A stretch of 64,000 nucleotides of DNA, from the NCBI GenBank assembly GCA_045589955.1, contig JAZNQD010000009.1, positions 48,294-112,293 of the forward strand, in the 5' to 3' direction. Below are positions 45,598 through 56,413 of the stretch, piece by piece (the stretch's first letter is position 1; every line of letters begins with the position of its first letter). A model generated the notes under the pieces. That model was not told the DNA's origin, ran no database searches, and was given only the letters and a program-made list of their open reading frames with translations. The position numbers were made by a program, and so were the translations under genes. The stretch is from Bacilli bacterium (GTDB taxonomy: Bacteria > Bacillota_I > Bacilli_A > ML615J-28 > CAG-313).

Positions 45598-46236
45598 CTA
45601 CGCAATTCTTATAACATTACTTACACTCATAATTACTGGAACTGAATTACCTTCAGATACAATGTTAAATCTATACTCACCAGCACTTTTAGCAGCACCC
45701 GTTATCTCACTATTCGCAAATGTAAATCCACTCGGTAAATTATTTATCTTAGCACCAGGAATGTCAACTTTTAATGTAATAAATTGATTAACTGCCAATT
45801 TTAATCTAATTTCATTTAAACTACCAGTTGCTTGTCCAACTGAACTATCTACGGTTACTAATTCTGTATTAGCGGTTTTATTTGGTCCTTTAAACGATAC
45901 AACTTTTGGTGTTGCAATACCTTGTGTAGAAACAGTTTTATTGATAGGTGTGACATAAACATTATAATCATCTGTCGCATCTAATGCTTGCACACTTTTA
46001 GATCTAACTTGTTGGTATTTAGTTTCTTTTGAAATATTTTTAAGTTCAATTGTATAATTTGTATCCATATAAGGTTTATATAAATTAATAGTCGAATCAG
46101 CATTAACTATATCTGATTTACCACCTTGAAGTAACAAACCAGATTGATATAATTTATACCAATAATTTTCATCTTCATATTCGTCTATTAAAATCTCACC
46201 TTGTAGATTTTCATCATCATACATTGTAAACTCCAA
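45598..46236 (-). CDS. structural protein related to PEGA-repeat proteins
   Basis: N-terminal YWYKLYQSGLLLQGGK paralogous to the 46246..47208 N-terminus. Confidence 0.5.
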   Translation of the reverse strand: MEFTMYDDENLQGEILIDEYEDENYWYKLYQSGLLLQGGKSDIVNADSTINLYKPYMDTNYTIELKNISKETKYQQVRSKSVQALDATDDYNVYVTPINKTVSTQGIATPKVVSFKGPNKTANTELVTVDSSVGQATGSLNEIRLKLAVNQFITLKVDIPGAKINNLPSGFTFANSEITGAAKSAGEYRFNIVSEGNSVPVIMSVSNVIRIA

Positions 46237-46245
46237 AATATTAAT

Positions 46246-47208
46246 TTATTCTTCAGTTAATATTTCTTCCAAGATAACATCATTAACAGCATCTTCAATT
46301 AATTCAATTTGACCATTTTGTGAAGTATAACCTTCCATCGATACTTCCCAATCAATTACCGAACCATAATCGGCAGTAATCGTATTCTGTTCAATTCCAT
46401 TTATAACAACTATTGCATCACTTGGCGTCGGATTAATTGTATAAGTAAATTGCATTTTTTCTAATTTAACTTTTTTAATAATATTATTAGTCAATATATC
46501 CATGCCACTTTGTGAAATATAACCGTATCTATTAATTTCCCAATTTATTTCAGTATTCATTAAAGCATAAAGAGTATTTTGTTCAATTCCGTTTATAGTA
46601 ACAGTTGCATCAGATGGAATTGCTCTAAGAATATAATTATAATATTGTAATTCAAGATTTACATCTATTGTCAAATCATCTGTTATAGTTACAGTATTCG
46701 TAATTGTTTGATAACCATCTTTTTTAACAGTATAAGTTAAATATTTTCCACAAGGATATTGTATATTATTCTGTTCGATTCCGTTTATAATAACTGTTGC
46801 ATCAGATGGTGTTGGATTAATTGAAAACGTTTTATATTCTAATGATTTTATATAGCCTTTTGTAAACCATTCATATTTTGCTCTTGATACATCTGATGTT
46901 ACTTCAAATTGATTTTCTGACTTAATTTCATAAGAAAATGACGGTAAAACATCTTCTTTCATTGTTGTTGTAATATTTGTATAAGTCATCAATGCTTGTT
47001 TTGATTTATAAAACTTTTGTGGATTATATTGAGGAACATTTGATATTGATACAGTATAATCAGTATCTGCATAATTGACAGGTAAATTGATTGTTTGTAA
47101 TGGTGACCCAGAATAAATTTTTGTTCCTTGTTCAAGTAAACCCGATTGATATATTTTATACCAATTTATTCCATCATTATATTCTTTTACAATTACATCG
47201 TCAGTCAT
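46246..47208 (-). CDS. PEGA-like repeat structural protein
   Basis: Three repeats TINPTPSDATVIINGIEQN / AIPSDATVTINGIEQNT / TINPTPSDAIVVINGIEQNT. Confidence 0.55.
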   Translation of the reverse strand: MTDDVIVKEYNDGINWYKIYQSGLLEQGTKIYSGSPLQTINLPVNYADTDYTVSISNVPQYNPQKFYKSKQALMTYTNITTTMKEDVLPSFSYEIKSENQFEVTSDVSRAKYEWFTKGYIKSLEYKTFSINPTPSDATVIINGIEQNNIQYPCGKYLTYTVKKDGYQTITNTVTITDDLTIDVNLELQYYNYILRAIPSDATVTINGIEQNTLYALMNTEINWEINRYGYISQSGMDILTNNIIKKVKLEKMQFTYTINPTPSDAIVVINGIEQNTITADYGSVIDWEVSMEGYTSQNGQIELIEDAVNDVILEEILTEE

Positions 47209-48437
47209 TATTCGTCGCCTATTGTTTCAAATGTTATATTTTTTACAAACAATCTATCAGAATTTGTATTAACTGACCCGTCTTTAGCATACATTAAGTT
47301 AATATAATAGGTTGTATTAGGTTCTAACGTTTTTGTATATGTTGAATATGATGAATTATTACCAGACGAAATCATTAAATATGAACCATATCCATCTGTT
47401 GTACCATCTCTAAATGTAGTTCTTGATGGTTGATATATTTTCGTTCCAACATATACAGCCCCATAATCACAGCCTGCTTCAGAACTCACATATGCCTGTA
47501 ACGATAACGTCGTTGCTTCATTAGGAGTTGTAAATTTAATCCACGCATACGATGAACCATTATGAACAGTATAGGAACCTGAATTACTATATAAACTTGA
47601 ACCACTGTTATAAAACGCAGAACTAGATGATGAACCAATACCGTTTGTGGATACTGTTGATGGTAATGTACTACCAGGATATACTACTTTAACTATATTA
47701 TCTTCCATAACAATATCTAAAACAGTATCTTCTTCAATTATAAATATATTTGTATATGTTTTATAACCTTTACAAGTAATTTTAACACTTACTTCGTCAC
47801 CTTGACCAAATGTGTGTTCTTTACCTTCAATATCATTTACTGTAACAATAGCATCTTCTTGTTCAACATTAATTGTTAAATGAACTTCCAACGGTAATGT
47901 AATATTTAGTTCGGTATCTTCCATTAAGTGAACATTTCCTATTTTTGTCGCATAACCTTCTAAAGAAATTTCATATTTAACATCTTCTGTTTCATAACCC
48001 TCATAGAATGTTTGTTCAGCATCATTTATTTTAACTATTGATTCAGATGGTGTAGGAATGATTGTTAAATTATATCTTGCTATTTGACCAGTTGTTGTTA
48101 TTTCGTAAAATCCAATATCGGTTGTAGATACTTGAACATTTTTAGTGTCTAATATATTATAACCATAATCCTTTGTTTCAGTAGTCATATCAGTTGAATT
48201 AAAATGAGAATTAGCAGATTTTACCAATGAAATTCCATTACACAAAGCCTTTTTTGAAACCGATAAGAAAAAATTACTTGTATCATAGTTTTTTGCTATT
48301 TCTGTTTTATAAGAATTTGCATTTTTAGATACCACATTAATAGTTCTTGGGGTTTTTTCAAATCCCCAAGAAGTCTTTCCCCGTAAAGTTTTTAACTTTA
48401 TGTCACCATAAGTATAGTATCCGTAAGATTCTGTCAT
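47208..48437 (-). CDS. PEGA-like repeat structural protein
   Basis: TIIPTPSESIVKINDAEQTFYEGYE and INVEQEDAIVTVNDIEGKEH repeats. Confidence 0.55.
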   Translation of the reverse strand: MTESYGYYTYGDIKLKTLRGKTSWGFEKTPRTINVVSKNANSYKTEIAKNYDTSNFFLSVSKKALCNGISLVKSANSHFNSTDMTTETKDYGYNILDTKNVQVSTTDIGFYEITTTGQIARYNLTIIPTPSESIVKINDAEQTFYEGYETEDVKYEISLEGYATKIGNVHLMEDTELNITLPLEVHLTINVEQEDAIVTVNDIEGKEHTFGQGDEVSVKITCKGYKTYTNIFIIEEDTVLDIVMEDNIVKVVYPGSTLPSTVSTNGIGSSSSSAFYNSGSSLYSNSGSYTVHNGSSYAWIKFTTPNEATTLSLQAYVSSEAGCDYGAVYVGTKIYQPSRTTFRDGTTDGYGSYLMISSGNNSSYSTYTKTLEPNTTYYINLMYAKDGSVNTNSDRLFVKNITFETIGDE

Positions 48438-48449
48438 TGGAATCCTTTA

Positions 48450-50369
48450 TTAAATAATAGCATCAACGCCAACATTAATAGATGTATGTCCTTTAATTAT
48501 AAATGGTATATTAATTGGACCTTCTGCACTCGTTGTTGTTTCTAATGTTTGTAAACCATTTGCTTGCCATACAACGTTACCAGTTAATGTTAATTTAATA
48601 TTTGTCGCAGTGTATTCTTCATCTGCATTTTTTGCCCAAATTGTAATGTATGATGTAATGTCAGCATTATTATAGTTATAAATTGGTTTTTCAAATTCAA
48701 AATCAACCATTACAGCACCATTTAAATCTTGACAAATGATTCTATGATCATCTAAAATTGCATACAATTTATCTTCTTTTGTGTGTAAAAATGACCTTAC
48801 AGTTTGTAATGAATCGTAAGAAGAAATCCAAGATTCTGAAATTGGGTCAAAGTTTAAAATATGATATGATGTAGCAGTTGCAACTAATATTCTGCTTCTA
48901 TCTTCTTTTAAAAACATAAAATCTCTAAATGAACCGCCTAATGCTTCATAAAACGAAATAAATGTTGCCGAAGTTTTTTCTTCATTAATTCTAAACGTAT
49001 ATATTCCTCGTTCTGACACTGGATTTGAATAATCTCCTTTATAACAAACATGTAAATAATCAATACCATTAACATTTTGTGTAAATGATTCATAGCTATA
49101 ACCATAATAATTTAAACACGTTGTTGTAAAGTACCAATTGTACGTAGAGGTGTAACCAGATTTATTTAAATTAGGATGAGGTAATTCAGTTATATTATAT
49201 GCATTATCTTCAGGAAAAATCAATTCAATATCCGAAAAAGTAATATTTAATAAATCTTCTTTTGACTGACACATTCTATAAGCAACCATTTTGTACGATG
49301 ATGTCAATGAATTAGGCTCAATAATATATTGATATAATTCATTATCGGTTTCCAAATAATGATTAGGATATGTCATTGGGCAATATATAGGACTTGAATA
49401 TGCTGTGTTGAGAGTACTTGAACTATAACTTGTACCCGGATAAGCGATTGTATCATTAAAACCATTTGATGTCACAGGTACAACTGTACCTGGTGTTATG
49501 GTCGTTAATTTATTTTCGCTAAATGAATAATAATACGTATGTATATTATATCGTTGTTTCTCACCAGAAGAGTTATAGTTATCTCCTGTCCAACTATTAT
49601 AAGATTTAATATATAATACCAAACCTTCATTTGGAACTTCATATAATACAGTTGGAACAGCATCATATAAGTTTATATGAAGATATCTGACCGATGAACT
49701 ACTATAATGATAATATCCATAACCTCTATAAAGCATATTGTCTAATCTACACTGCGAAGTAGTAAATTGTTCTTTATTAATTTTAAATATTGCAACATTA
49801 TGTGATTTAAGTAAAGTTGCTGCTGCAGAAGCAGAAGAAGAAACACTATTGTAATCGGCTTCACCGGCTGACACAATGGTATAGATATATTCATTGTCTT
49901 GCGTAGTATAATAAACATTATTTTCAATACCATTTATTATACTTAATGTATCTAATATTGTTATACTTTTATCTTCTTTTATTTTTAGTTTATATATTTT
50001 TGAAGTCGCATATTTTAGCGATGAATAGGAACTCCCACTTACCATATCATTAGAAGTAATCACATAAATAATACTACTATCTTTATTATCAACTATAACA
50101 TTATTACTATAAGATTTATTAGTATAATTTTCTGATATTACAGTACTTGCACTGTCAGTCGCAGGTACACCAACCATATTCATTAACATCGGATTTAATG
50201 TTTTTCCTTGACAAATATTCTGTGTTGAATCAATATTGATTACATTAAATGGTATTGGAGAATTATTCTCTTTCAAATATGGAACAGAATTAATTAACAT
50301 ATATTCATTCAAATCCACCAATCTATTTGATGTTGAAGAAATTTTATCTGTTGAACTTGCAATTTGCAT
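48450..50369 (-). CDS. large structural protein (tail fibre/baseplate)
   Basis: 639 aa, S/T/Y/N-rich beta composition. Confidence 0.5.
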   Translation of the reverse strand: MQIASSTDKISSTSNRLVDLNEYMLINSVPYLKENNSPIPFNVINIDSTQNICQGKTLNPMLMNMVGVPATDSASTVISENYTNKSYSNNVIVDNKDSSIIYVITSNDMVSGSSYSSLKYATSKIYKLKIKEDKSITILDTLSIINGIENNVYYTTQDNEYIYTIVSAGEADYNSVSSSASAAATLLKSHNVAIFKINKEQFTTSQCRLDNMLYRGYGYYHYSSSSVRYLHINLYDAVPTVLYEVPNEGLVLYIKSYNSWTGDNYNSSGEKQRYNIHTYYYSFSENKLTTITPGTVVPVTSNGFNDTIAYPGTSYSSSTLNTAYSSPIYCPMTYPNHYLETDNELYQYIIEPNSLTSSYKMVAYRMCQSKEDLLNITFSDIELIFPEDNAYNITELPHPNLNKSGYTSTYNWYFTTTCLNYYGYSYESFTQNVNGIDYLHVCYKGDYSNPVSERGIYTFRINEEKTSATFISFYEALGGSFRDFMFLKEDRSRILVATATSYHILNFDPISESWISSYDSLQTVRSFLHTKEDKLYAILDDHRIICQDLNGAVMVDFEFEKPIYNYNNADITSYITIWAKNADEEYTATNIKLTLTGNVVWQANGLQTLETTTSAEGPINIPFIIKGHTSINVGVDAII

Positions 50370-50373
50370 ATTT

Positions 50374-51870
50374 TTAATCCTTTATTCTAATTTCATATCT
50401 ACCGCTACCATTCAAGTATACCGGTATTCTTGTATATTCATCTGATGTTAAAATTAATTCTAACTCTTTAGAACTATTCATAAATGTAAAGTTACCTATT
50501 GCCTTTAACTTGATTTTAGACGTTATCAATTCTCCCATATAATTTAAAACTCTTAAATCAGCATAGGTTTCAACAACTTCGGTACCTATTTCATACTTTG
50601 GTAATTCAAAATGATAATCGATTGATAATGGTTGGTTGTATGTATATCTCACGACATTACCTATACCATCCATAATCCACAATCTTTCATCAATATCAAA
50701 TCCAAATTGTTGACAAGTTGTATAAATTGTTGGTTTTTCAACCATTTGTTTTTCAAAACTATCCCAGTTAAATACTCTTATACCAGTTGATGTACCAATA
50801 AACAAAGTATTCCAATCATTTCTGGGGATAAGAGATAAACCGTTTAAAACTATGTTTTGTTTAGTTATTAAAGCATCTCCGTCGACTTCATATACAATAA
50901 GGTTAGAAAGTCGTGAATCATTTGAAGCACTATATGAATTTAATGTAACTACAACTAGATATTCTTTTCCATCTTTTTCAAATACATGTGTAAATCTTTT
51001 TACATGTCCAAAATAAGATGTTGAAGAAAGCGCACAATTAGAAGCATCTTCGTCAAAAGTTAATGCTGTCATAGTAACAGATTTACGTAAGTCAGTAAAC
51101 GAGCATCTATACCAAGTATTGCTTCTCATATTTTTAATATAGAAATGTTCGTTTACTACATTTGATGGATACGAAGTTAAAACACCAGGACCAGAAGTAC
51201 TAGTACTATAAAGAGTTGTTTCCAAACCAGAGCTTATTTCTATTTTACAGAAGTAATAATAATAAGTGCTTGCACCAAACATTTTTACAAAATAAATGTA
51301 TCCATCTTTAATATCTAATAAAGAAATAATACCGTCTGAGCAAGAATAAGTATTGGCAGATTTAAGAACATCGCCATCTTTTGCATATCTATAAATATAA
51401 GATGATGTACCGCTTGTTGTATCTATATTACTATAATATACAAAAATACTAGATGCATCTTGATAAAGAATTTGTCCACAACCTCTTGCTTTTGTCATCG
51501 AGTATGGTTGAGTTAATTCACTGTATTCGAATCCGTTTGCATCTACACATCTTCTTGCTAAATAAATAGCAGGTCCTTCAGTTGCGTCTGTTCTATGTGA
51601 AGTATTTAAAATCCAATATTTGTTAGGATCATCATAATCTCTAGCAGCGTTTAACCAAGAAAAATCTTCGACTGGCACACCAACCACTAGACTATTACCA
51701 GCAACTTCTTTTAAAAGCATACCAGAATCTTTATTATTAGCCAATGTATAGCGTAAACCAAGTGGTGCTAAAGCAGTTTTGGTATAATTGAGGCCATTAA
51801 TAATAGTATTCCAAGGTGTATCTATTATTTTAGCAACATTATAATTAAATATTGTAGAAGTAAGTGCCAT
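50374..51870 (-). CDS. large structural protein
   Basis: 498 aa. Confidence 0.5.
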   Translation of the reverse strand: MALTSTIFNYNVAKIIDTPWNTIINGLNYTKTALAPLGLRYTLANNKDSGMLLKEVAGNSLVVGVPVEDFSWLNAARDYDDPNKYWILNTSHRTDATEGPAIYLARRCVDANGFEYSELTQPYSMTKARGCGQILYQDASSIFVYYSNIDTTSGTSSYIYRYAKDGDVLKSANTYSCSDGIISLLDIKDGYIYFVKMFGASTYYYYFCKIEISSGLETTLYSTSTSGPGVLTSYPSNVVNEHFYIKNMRSNTWYRCSFTDLRKSVTMTALTFDEDASNCALSSTSYFGHVKRFTHVFEKDGKEYLVVVTLNSYSASNDSRLSNLIVYEVDGDALITKQNIVLNGLSLIPRNDWNTLFIGTSTGIRVFNWDSFEKQMVEKPTIYTTCQQFGFDIDERLWIMDGIGNVVRYTYNQPLSIDYHFELPKYEIGTEVVETYADLRVLNYMGELITSKIKLKAIGNFTFMNSSKELELILTSDEYTRIPVYLNGSGRYEIRIKD

Positions 51871-51881
51871 TTATATACCTT

Positions 51882-53489
51882 TTAATAACTATAACCGATT
51901 AAACTTAATTCAGCTTTAATATTTCCTTTACCTTTAATCTTAATATATTTTAAAGGCGGTAACTGATATACTTGTGTACTTAAAGGTAAAATTTGAAGCG
52001 TATCAAGCATAGTGGTATTATTATAAATAAGAACTTCTGCAGTATTTGGATCGATTTCGCCTTCTTCTAAATCTGGAGTAAGAGAAGCGTTATTTGTTAC
52101 GATTAAATACGCGTTTATAAGAGCTTTATAACTTTCTTCATTACAAATACTATTAACGTCATAAACCTCTGTCATTTCATCATAAGTATTTGTAATTTCT
52201 TTATCTATCTGTACAGGATTAATTGGAACTATATTACCATTCCAACGCAATACACCACTGGCATCACATGTAAAATTATCTAAGAGCGTTTTATTTGCAT
52301 GGGTATGTTCACTTGTTTTTGCGGCAAATACACTGTCTGCTTCGTTTTTGGTATAATAATTAGATAAATCGGTTGGAGCTAATGTACTTCCATCATCTGG
52401 ATTAGGTGTATTATCAGAACCACCGCCTGTACTAGAAATAATTATATCATTACCGTTTTTAACAATACTAATATTGACACCAGCATAAATATTATCTACT
52501 GTTAATTTTTCATCTAATTTAGTATCAATATTTTCTTCTAAAGCTGTGATCTCATTTTTTGTTGTAAAATTTTCGGTAAGATGTGCTGAAGAATAGGTAG
52601 TTGTTTTAGATGTTATTTCATCATTTACAATTTGTGACGGATCAATATCTGCTGGTGTATTATTTACTCTTTTTACACAGAAGTAAAGATACATCTGTGT
52701 TGCACGTTGTTGTACCGGAGCTCCGTCTTGGTATGTCGATGATGATAAGGAAGCATCAAGTTTTATTGAACTTGTTGTAGTAGTAGAGCCACCACCAACG
52801 CCAGCTAACCCTGAGAAAGTGTCATTATTATCAATGTATATAGCACCTTCTGATGAATAAAAAACTGTATTACCATTTCCATTCGCTAACGATTTAGACA
52901 TTATTCTAGAGGTAATATTCGGCAAGCTCTCCGCAACGTATCCGCCGGCATTATCGCGTAAACCAACAAAATTCCACTGTGTGCGCGGTAATTTGAATTT
53001 TTGAGTATCTGGATCTAAAATATAAAACCATGCTATCCCAGAGTCATTAAAACGAGTTTGAATAGCTGTTTCTTGGTCTTGTAAACAAATATTATAACCT
53101 TTTGCTGATTTTTTATAGGTAATATCCCCGTCGGTTAAAACTTCACTAGTCGAATTAAATTCAGAAACTAATTCGTTATATGCGTCAATATATACTGCAC
53201 TATCTAACCATTCAAATAAATCAGCACGTACCCAATACTCTGAATCTAAAATGTGATCTACAAATTTAGAATCAAACAAATCCCAACCAAGACCATCTCT
53301 ACCGGTACCAGTACCTCCACCCGATGCACTAATTACGCCTTCTTCAGAAATATAAATGTTATCACCAGCAACCAACTTATCTTGTTTTGTATCAAGAGCG
53401 GTTTTAATTGCTTTTTGTGATGGAATATAATAGTCTGAATTGCTTGATAATGTAGGATCTGTATCTAGGTTAAAATATTTTGTAGCCAT
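51882..53489 (-). CDS. tail fibre protein
   Basis: KQDKLVAGDNIYISEEGVISAS fibre motif near N-terminus. Confidence 0.55.
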   Translation of the reverse strand: MATKYFNLDTDPTLSSNSDYYIPSQKAIKTALDTKQDKLVAGDNIYISEEGVISASGGGTGTGRDGLGWDLFDSKFVDHILDSEYWVRADLFEWLDSAVYIDAYNELVSEFNSTSEVLTDGDITYKKSAKGYNICLQDQETAIQTRFNDSGIAWFYILDPDTQKFKLPRTQWNFVGLRDNAGGYVAESLPNITSRIMSKSLANGNGNTVFYSSEGAIYIDNNDTFSGLAGVGGGSTTTTSSIKLDASLSSSTYQDGAPVQQRATQMYLYFCVKRVNNTPADIDPSQIVNDEITSKTTTYSSAHLTENFTTKNEITALEENIDTKLDEKLTVDNIYAGVNISIVKNGNDIIISSTGGGSDNTPNPDDGSTLAPTDLSNYYTKNEADSVFAAKTSEHTHANKTLLDNFTCDASGVLRWNGNIVPINPVQIDKEITNTYDEMTEVYDVNSICNEESYKALINAYLIVTNNASLTPDLEEGEIDPNTAEVLIYNNTTMLDTLQILPLSTQVYQLPPLKYIKIKGKGNIKAELSLIGYSY

Positions 53490-53634
53490 GTGTCCATATC
53501 ACTTAAAATTCTTTACTTTGTGCATATTAACTAGAACCAAATTAAGCATCTTTTAGCCATACTTCAAAAAATAAATATTAAAAAAGGAAGACCCATAATA
53601 AGATCTTCCTTTCAATTTACTTATAATTTACAGA

Positions 53635-55905
53635 TTAGCTTACAACTAAACGCATATCTGGGTCAACATATACGCAACCAGATGAATGATACCAATTATA
53701 TGAAAATTTAACTTCAATTGGTTCAATCATTTCTACATTAATTGGAATGACTATTTTTTTAGCTACAGCTTCAGGATCTGTCCACACTGAAGTATCATCA
53801 TACCAATCAATTACCGAAGTTATAGGTAAGTATTTAATTTCACCTAAACTGTTTTTAGTTGGCAAATAAACAATAGGATTAAATGCTAATTTACCTGCAG
53901 CTTCTTGGTCTTTTACAAAATCCTTATACGCAAAATAAATAACTAACTCTTGCATACCTAATTTTGTAGGAGTTACTGTAAAACCTTTATATGGGTTTGG
54001 ACAAACGACGATACGTTTACCTTCAGAAAGAGTATTGTTTGATAAACGTAAAGATGCTCCAGAATCACTACCATTTCTAGTCACTGACCAAGATTGAGCA
54101 AGTGTATTTCTATTTCTAGCAACAAACTTACCTTCTGCACCGGCATTTGCACAAATAGCAATACTGTTTACATAATCAACATTAGTCTCTTTATCGCAAA
54201 CGCAATCAAATACTTCTTCTTGGTTACAGTTGTCAATATAAATGGCATTAGAATAACCGTTATATAACCCACTAACGACAGGCTCAGTGTTTGTTTTATT
54301 TTCAATCACTTTTAAATTTTTAATACGAACTGTAGACTGTTCTCCTATTACAACCGCTGGAACATCTAATTTGTCAAACACAAGCTCATTTACTTGTACA
54401 TGAGTACTGGTATGAGTATGTAATCTTGCTTCTAATCTATCAATATTAGCAACAATATTTCGTAAATATACATTACCAGCTAATTTTGAGCTAACAAAAA
54501 GATTTTCTATTCTTGCAATAGCTGCATAACTAGTTAAATAAGCATTACCATATGCTACTGTACCACCATTGTTTTGATGCCAATAACCATTTAATACAAC
54601 TGTACTATGTGTTGTACCATTGGTGTTTGTTATAAAACATTCATCTAATACATCGTGTAATTTAACAGATATGTTTTTAAAAATAGTTGGTTGTGGGGAA
54701 CCTAATGCATCTCCCATGAAATGTGCGTTTAAGAAATTACCTTCTGCTAATTTTGCATTGCCAATTGTACAATCAACATCAAAGTTTGTCAGACTTAATT
54801 CTTTACCGTAGCCTTCGTGGGTATCATCATTTATATAACCTAAAATGAGTCCTCCGTATATATAACCACTTTCTAAAGCATTCGATACAGGAGCATTTGT
54901 AAACTTTTTAACACGAATTTTTGTATTATCGATATTTATGATACCATATCTTCTGTAACCATATGTATACATCAATGGTGTCAAACGGTTTGTTAATAAT
55001 ATTAAATTACATTCGGTATTGCGATATGTGCCACTAAAAAGTACATCTCTAAATACAAAGGCTGGAGTAGGTGAAAAACACTTTATATTTACTTTATTAT
55101 TATTCATATATACTGTATTAATGGCTTGTACAGAAAAAGCTTTACCATATTGAGTAGTTGTTCCATGATAACTATCGTTTGCATTTGTATGGTAGTTAAT
55201 TATACAATCTTCACATACGAAACTATTGGCGGCTAAAACAGTAACATAACAACCACCGAACTGATCATATTTATTAGCACCACTATCTAAATTGATATCT
55301 GTATCAGTATGCTCTGCTAAAAATGCATCTGAATCAATATCATATCCTAAAACACCAAATTTACAACCATAAAAACCAAAATTCGTTAATTTAGTTGTAA
55401 TATTGTTATTACCGAACATTCCTGATAATACTTCTCTATAACTACCACCGGAACTATAATTTGTTTTTTCGAGTCTATAACAATATGTGTTTATTACAGT
55501 TAAAAATTCTAACTTAGCACTATTAATAACATTGTTATCAGCGGTATTATTGTATTTATTACCATAATGTGGAAATTTAATATTTGCATAATCGGCTTCG
55601 TCATTTTTCCAAGCTGTATTAATTTCTTCAACTTGTATCAAATCTTGAATCCATTGTTTATCAGTGGCTTTAGGCATACCCAAAATCATGACATTAACTA
55701 ACGAATTATCATTTTGCCAATTAATATTACAATGCTGATTAGCAGCATCGGTAGTACGTCTAATTACATAGCAAGTATTATTTTCTAATTTAGCTGGAAA
55801 ATCTTTAAGTGCACTAGCAGCAGTAAGGCCATCCCCAGCTGTTTCGATTGTAGGGTCAATACATACTACTTTGTATTCTACGTTTTTGTATGAAAGTGTA
55901 TACAT
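53635..55905 (-). CDS. tailspike-like protein (possible beta-helix)
   Basis: 756 aa, Asn/Gly/Thr-rich; fold assignment is a guess. Confidence 0.4.
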   Translation of the reverse strand: MYTLSYKNVEYKVVCIDPTIETAGDGLTAASALKDFPAKLENNTCYVIRRTTDAANQHCNINWQNDNSLVNVMILGMPKATDKQWIQDLIQVEEINTAWKNDEADYANIKFPHYGNKYNNTADNNVINSAKLEFLTVINTYCYRLEKTNYSSGGSYREVLSGMFGNNNITTKLTNFGFYGCKFGVLGYDIDSDAFLAEHTDTDINLDSGANKYDQFGGCYVTVLAANSFVCEDCIINYHTNANDSYHGTTTQYGKAFSVQAINTVYMNNNKVNIKCFSPTPAFVFRDVLFSGTYRNTECNLILLTNRLTPLMYTYGYRRYGIINIDNTKIRVKKFTNAPVSNALESGYIYGGLILGYINDDTHEGYGKELSLTNFDVDCTIGNAKLAEGNFLNAHFMGDALGSPQPTIFKNISVKLHDVLDECFITNTNGTTHSTVVLNGYWHQNNGGTVAYGNAYLTSYAAIARIENLFVSSKLAGNVYLRNIVANIDRLEARLHTHTSTHVQVNELVFDKLDVPAVVIGEQSTVRIKNLKVIENKTNTEPVVSGLYNGYSNAIYIDNCNQEEVFDCVCDKETNVDYVNSIAICANAGAEGKFVARNRNTLAQSWSVTRNGSDSGASLRLSNNTLSEGKRIVVCPNPYKGFTVTPTKLGMQELVIYFAYKDFVKDQEAAGKLAFNPIVYLPTKNSLGEIKYLPITSVIDWYDDTSVWTDPEAVAKKIVIPINVEMIEPIEVKFSYNWYHSSGCVYVDPDMRLVVS

Positions 55906-55927
55906 ATGTTTATCCTATCTGTTAAAA

Positions 55928-56347
55928 TTAAAAGATAATAGGCGAAGTTTCAATATCAAATTTAATATCAACGACTAAAGTGGAAGGCTCAGTAACAAAC
56001 AAATTACCGGTTGTATAGCCGTTTCCATATGCTCTTAAATTAGAAAGCTCTTCGGTACTTTGATTTGCATCAATTGGCCAAATATCCCATACTTTTGATA
56101 TACCAAGATGTTTTAATCCACTTGTAATAAAACCATATGCTACAGGTAAACAACGAACAGCTTTGGTATTATATTCTATATTCAATAGCATATTCAAGTC
56201 TTTTTTAAAGACCGGAAAAAATCGTGGAGGAAGTTTTACTTTAATTTTATCGCCTAGTTTACTATATACTGCTTTTTTACCACGATTAAGTAAATCAACA
56301 GCTGCTGTACCGACAGTAATAATATATTGTGAAGCAGCGACTAGCAT
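55928..56347 (-). CDS. hypothetical structural protein
   Basis: 139 aa. Confidence 0.45.
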   Translation of the reverse strand: MLVAASQYIITVGTAAVDLLNRGKKAVYSKLGDKIKVKLPPRFFPVFKKDLNMLLNIEYNTKAVRCLPVAYGFITSGLKHLGISKVWDIWPIDANQSTEELSNLRAYGNGYTTGNLFVTEPSTLVVDIKFDIETSPIIF

Positions 56348-56413
56348 AGTTTATTCCTTAAAAAATAGGGCAAAATATAGCGAAATATACTTTGCCCTTT
56401 ACTTTTATTTATA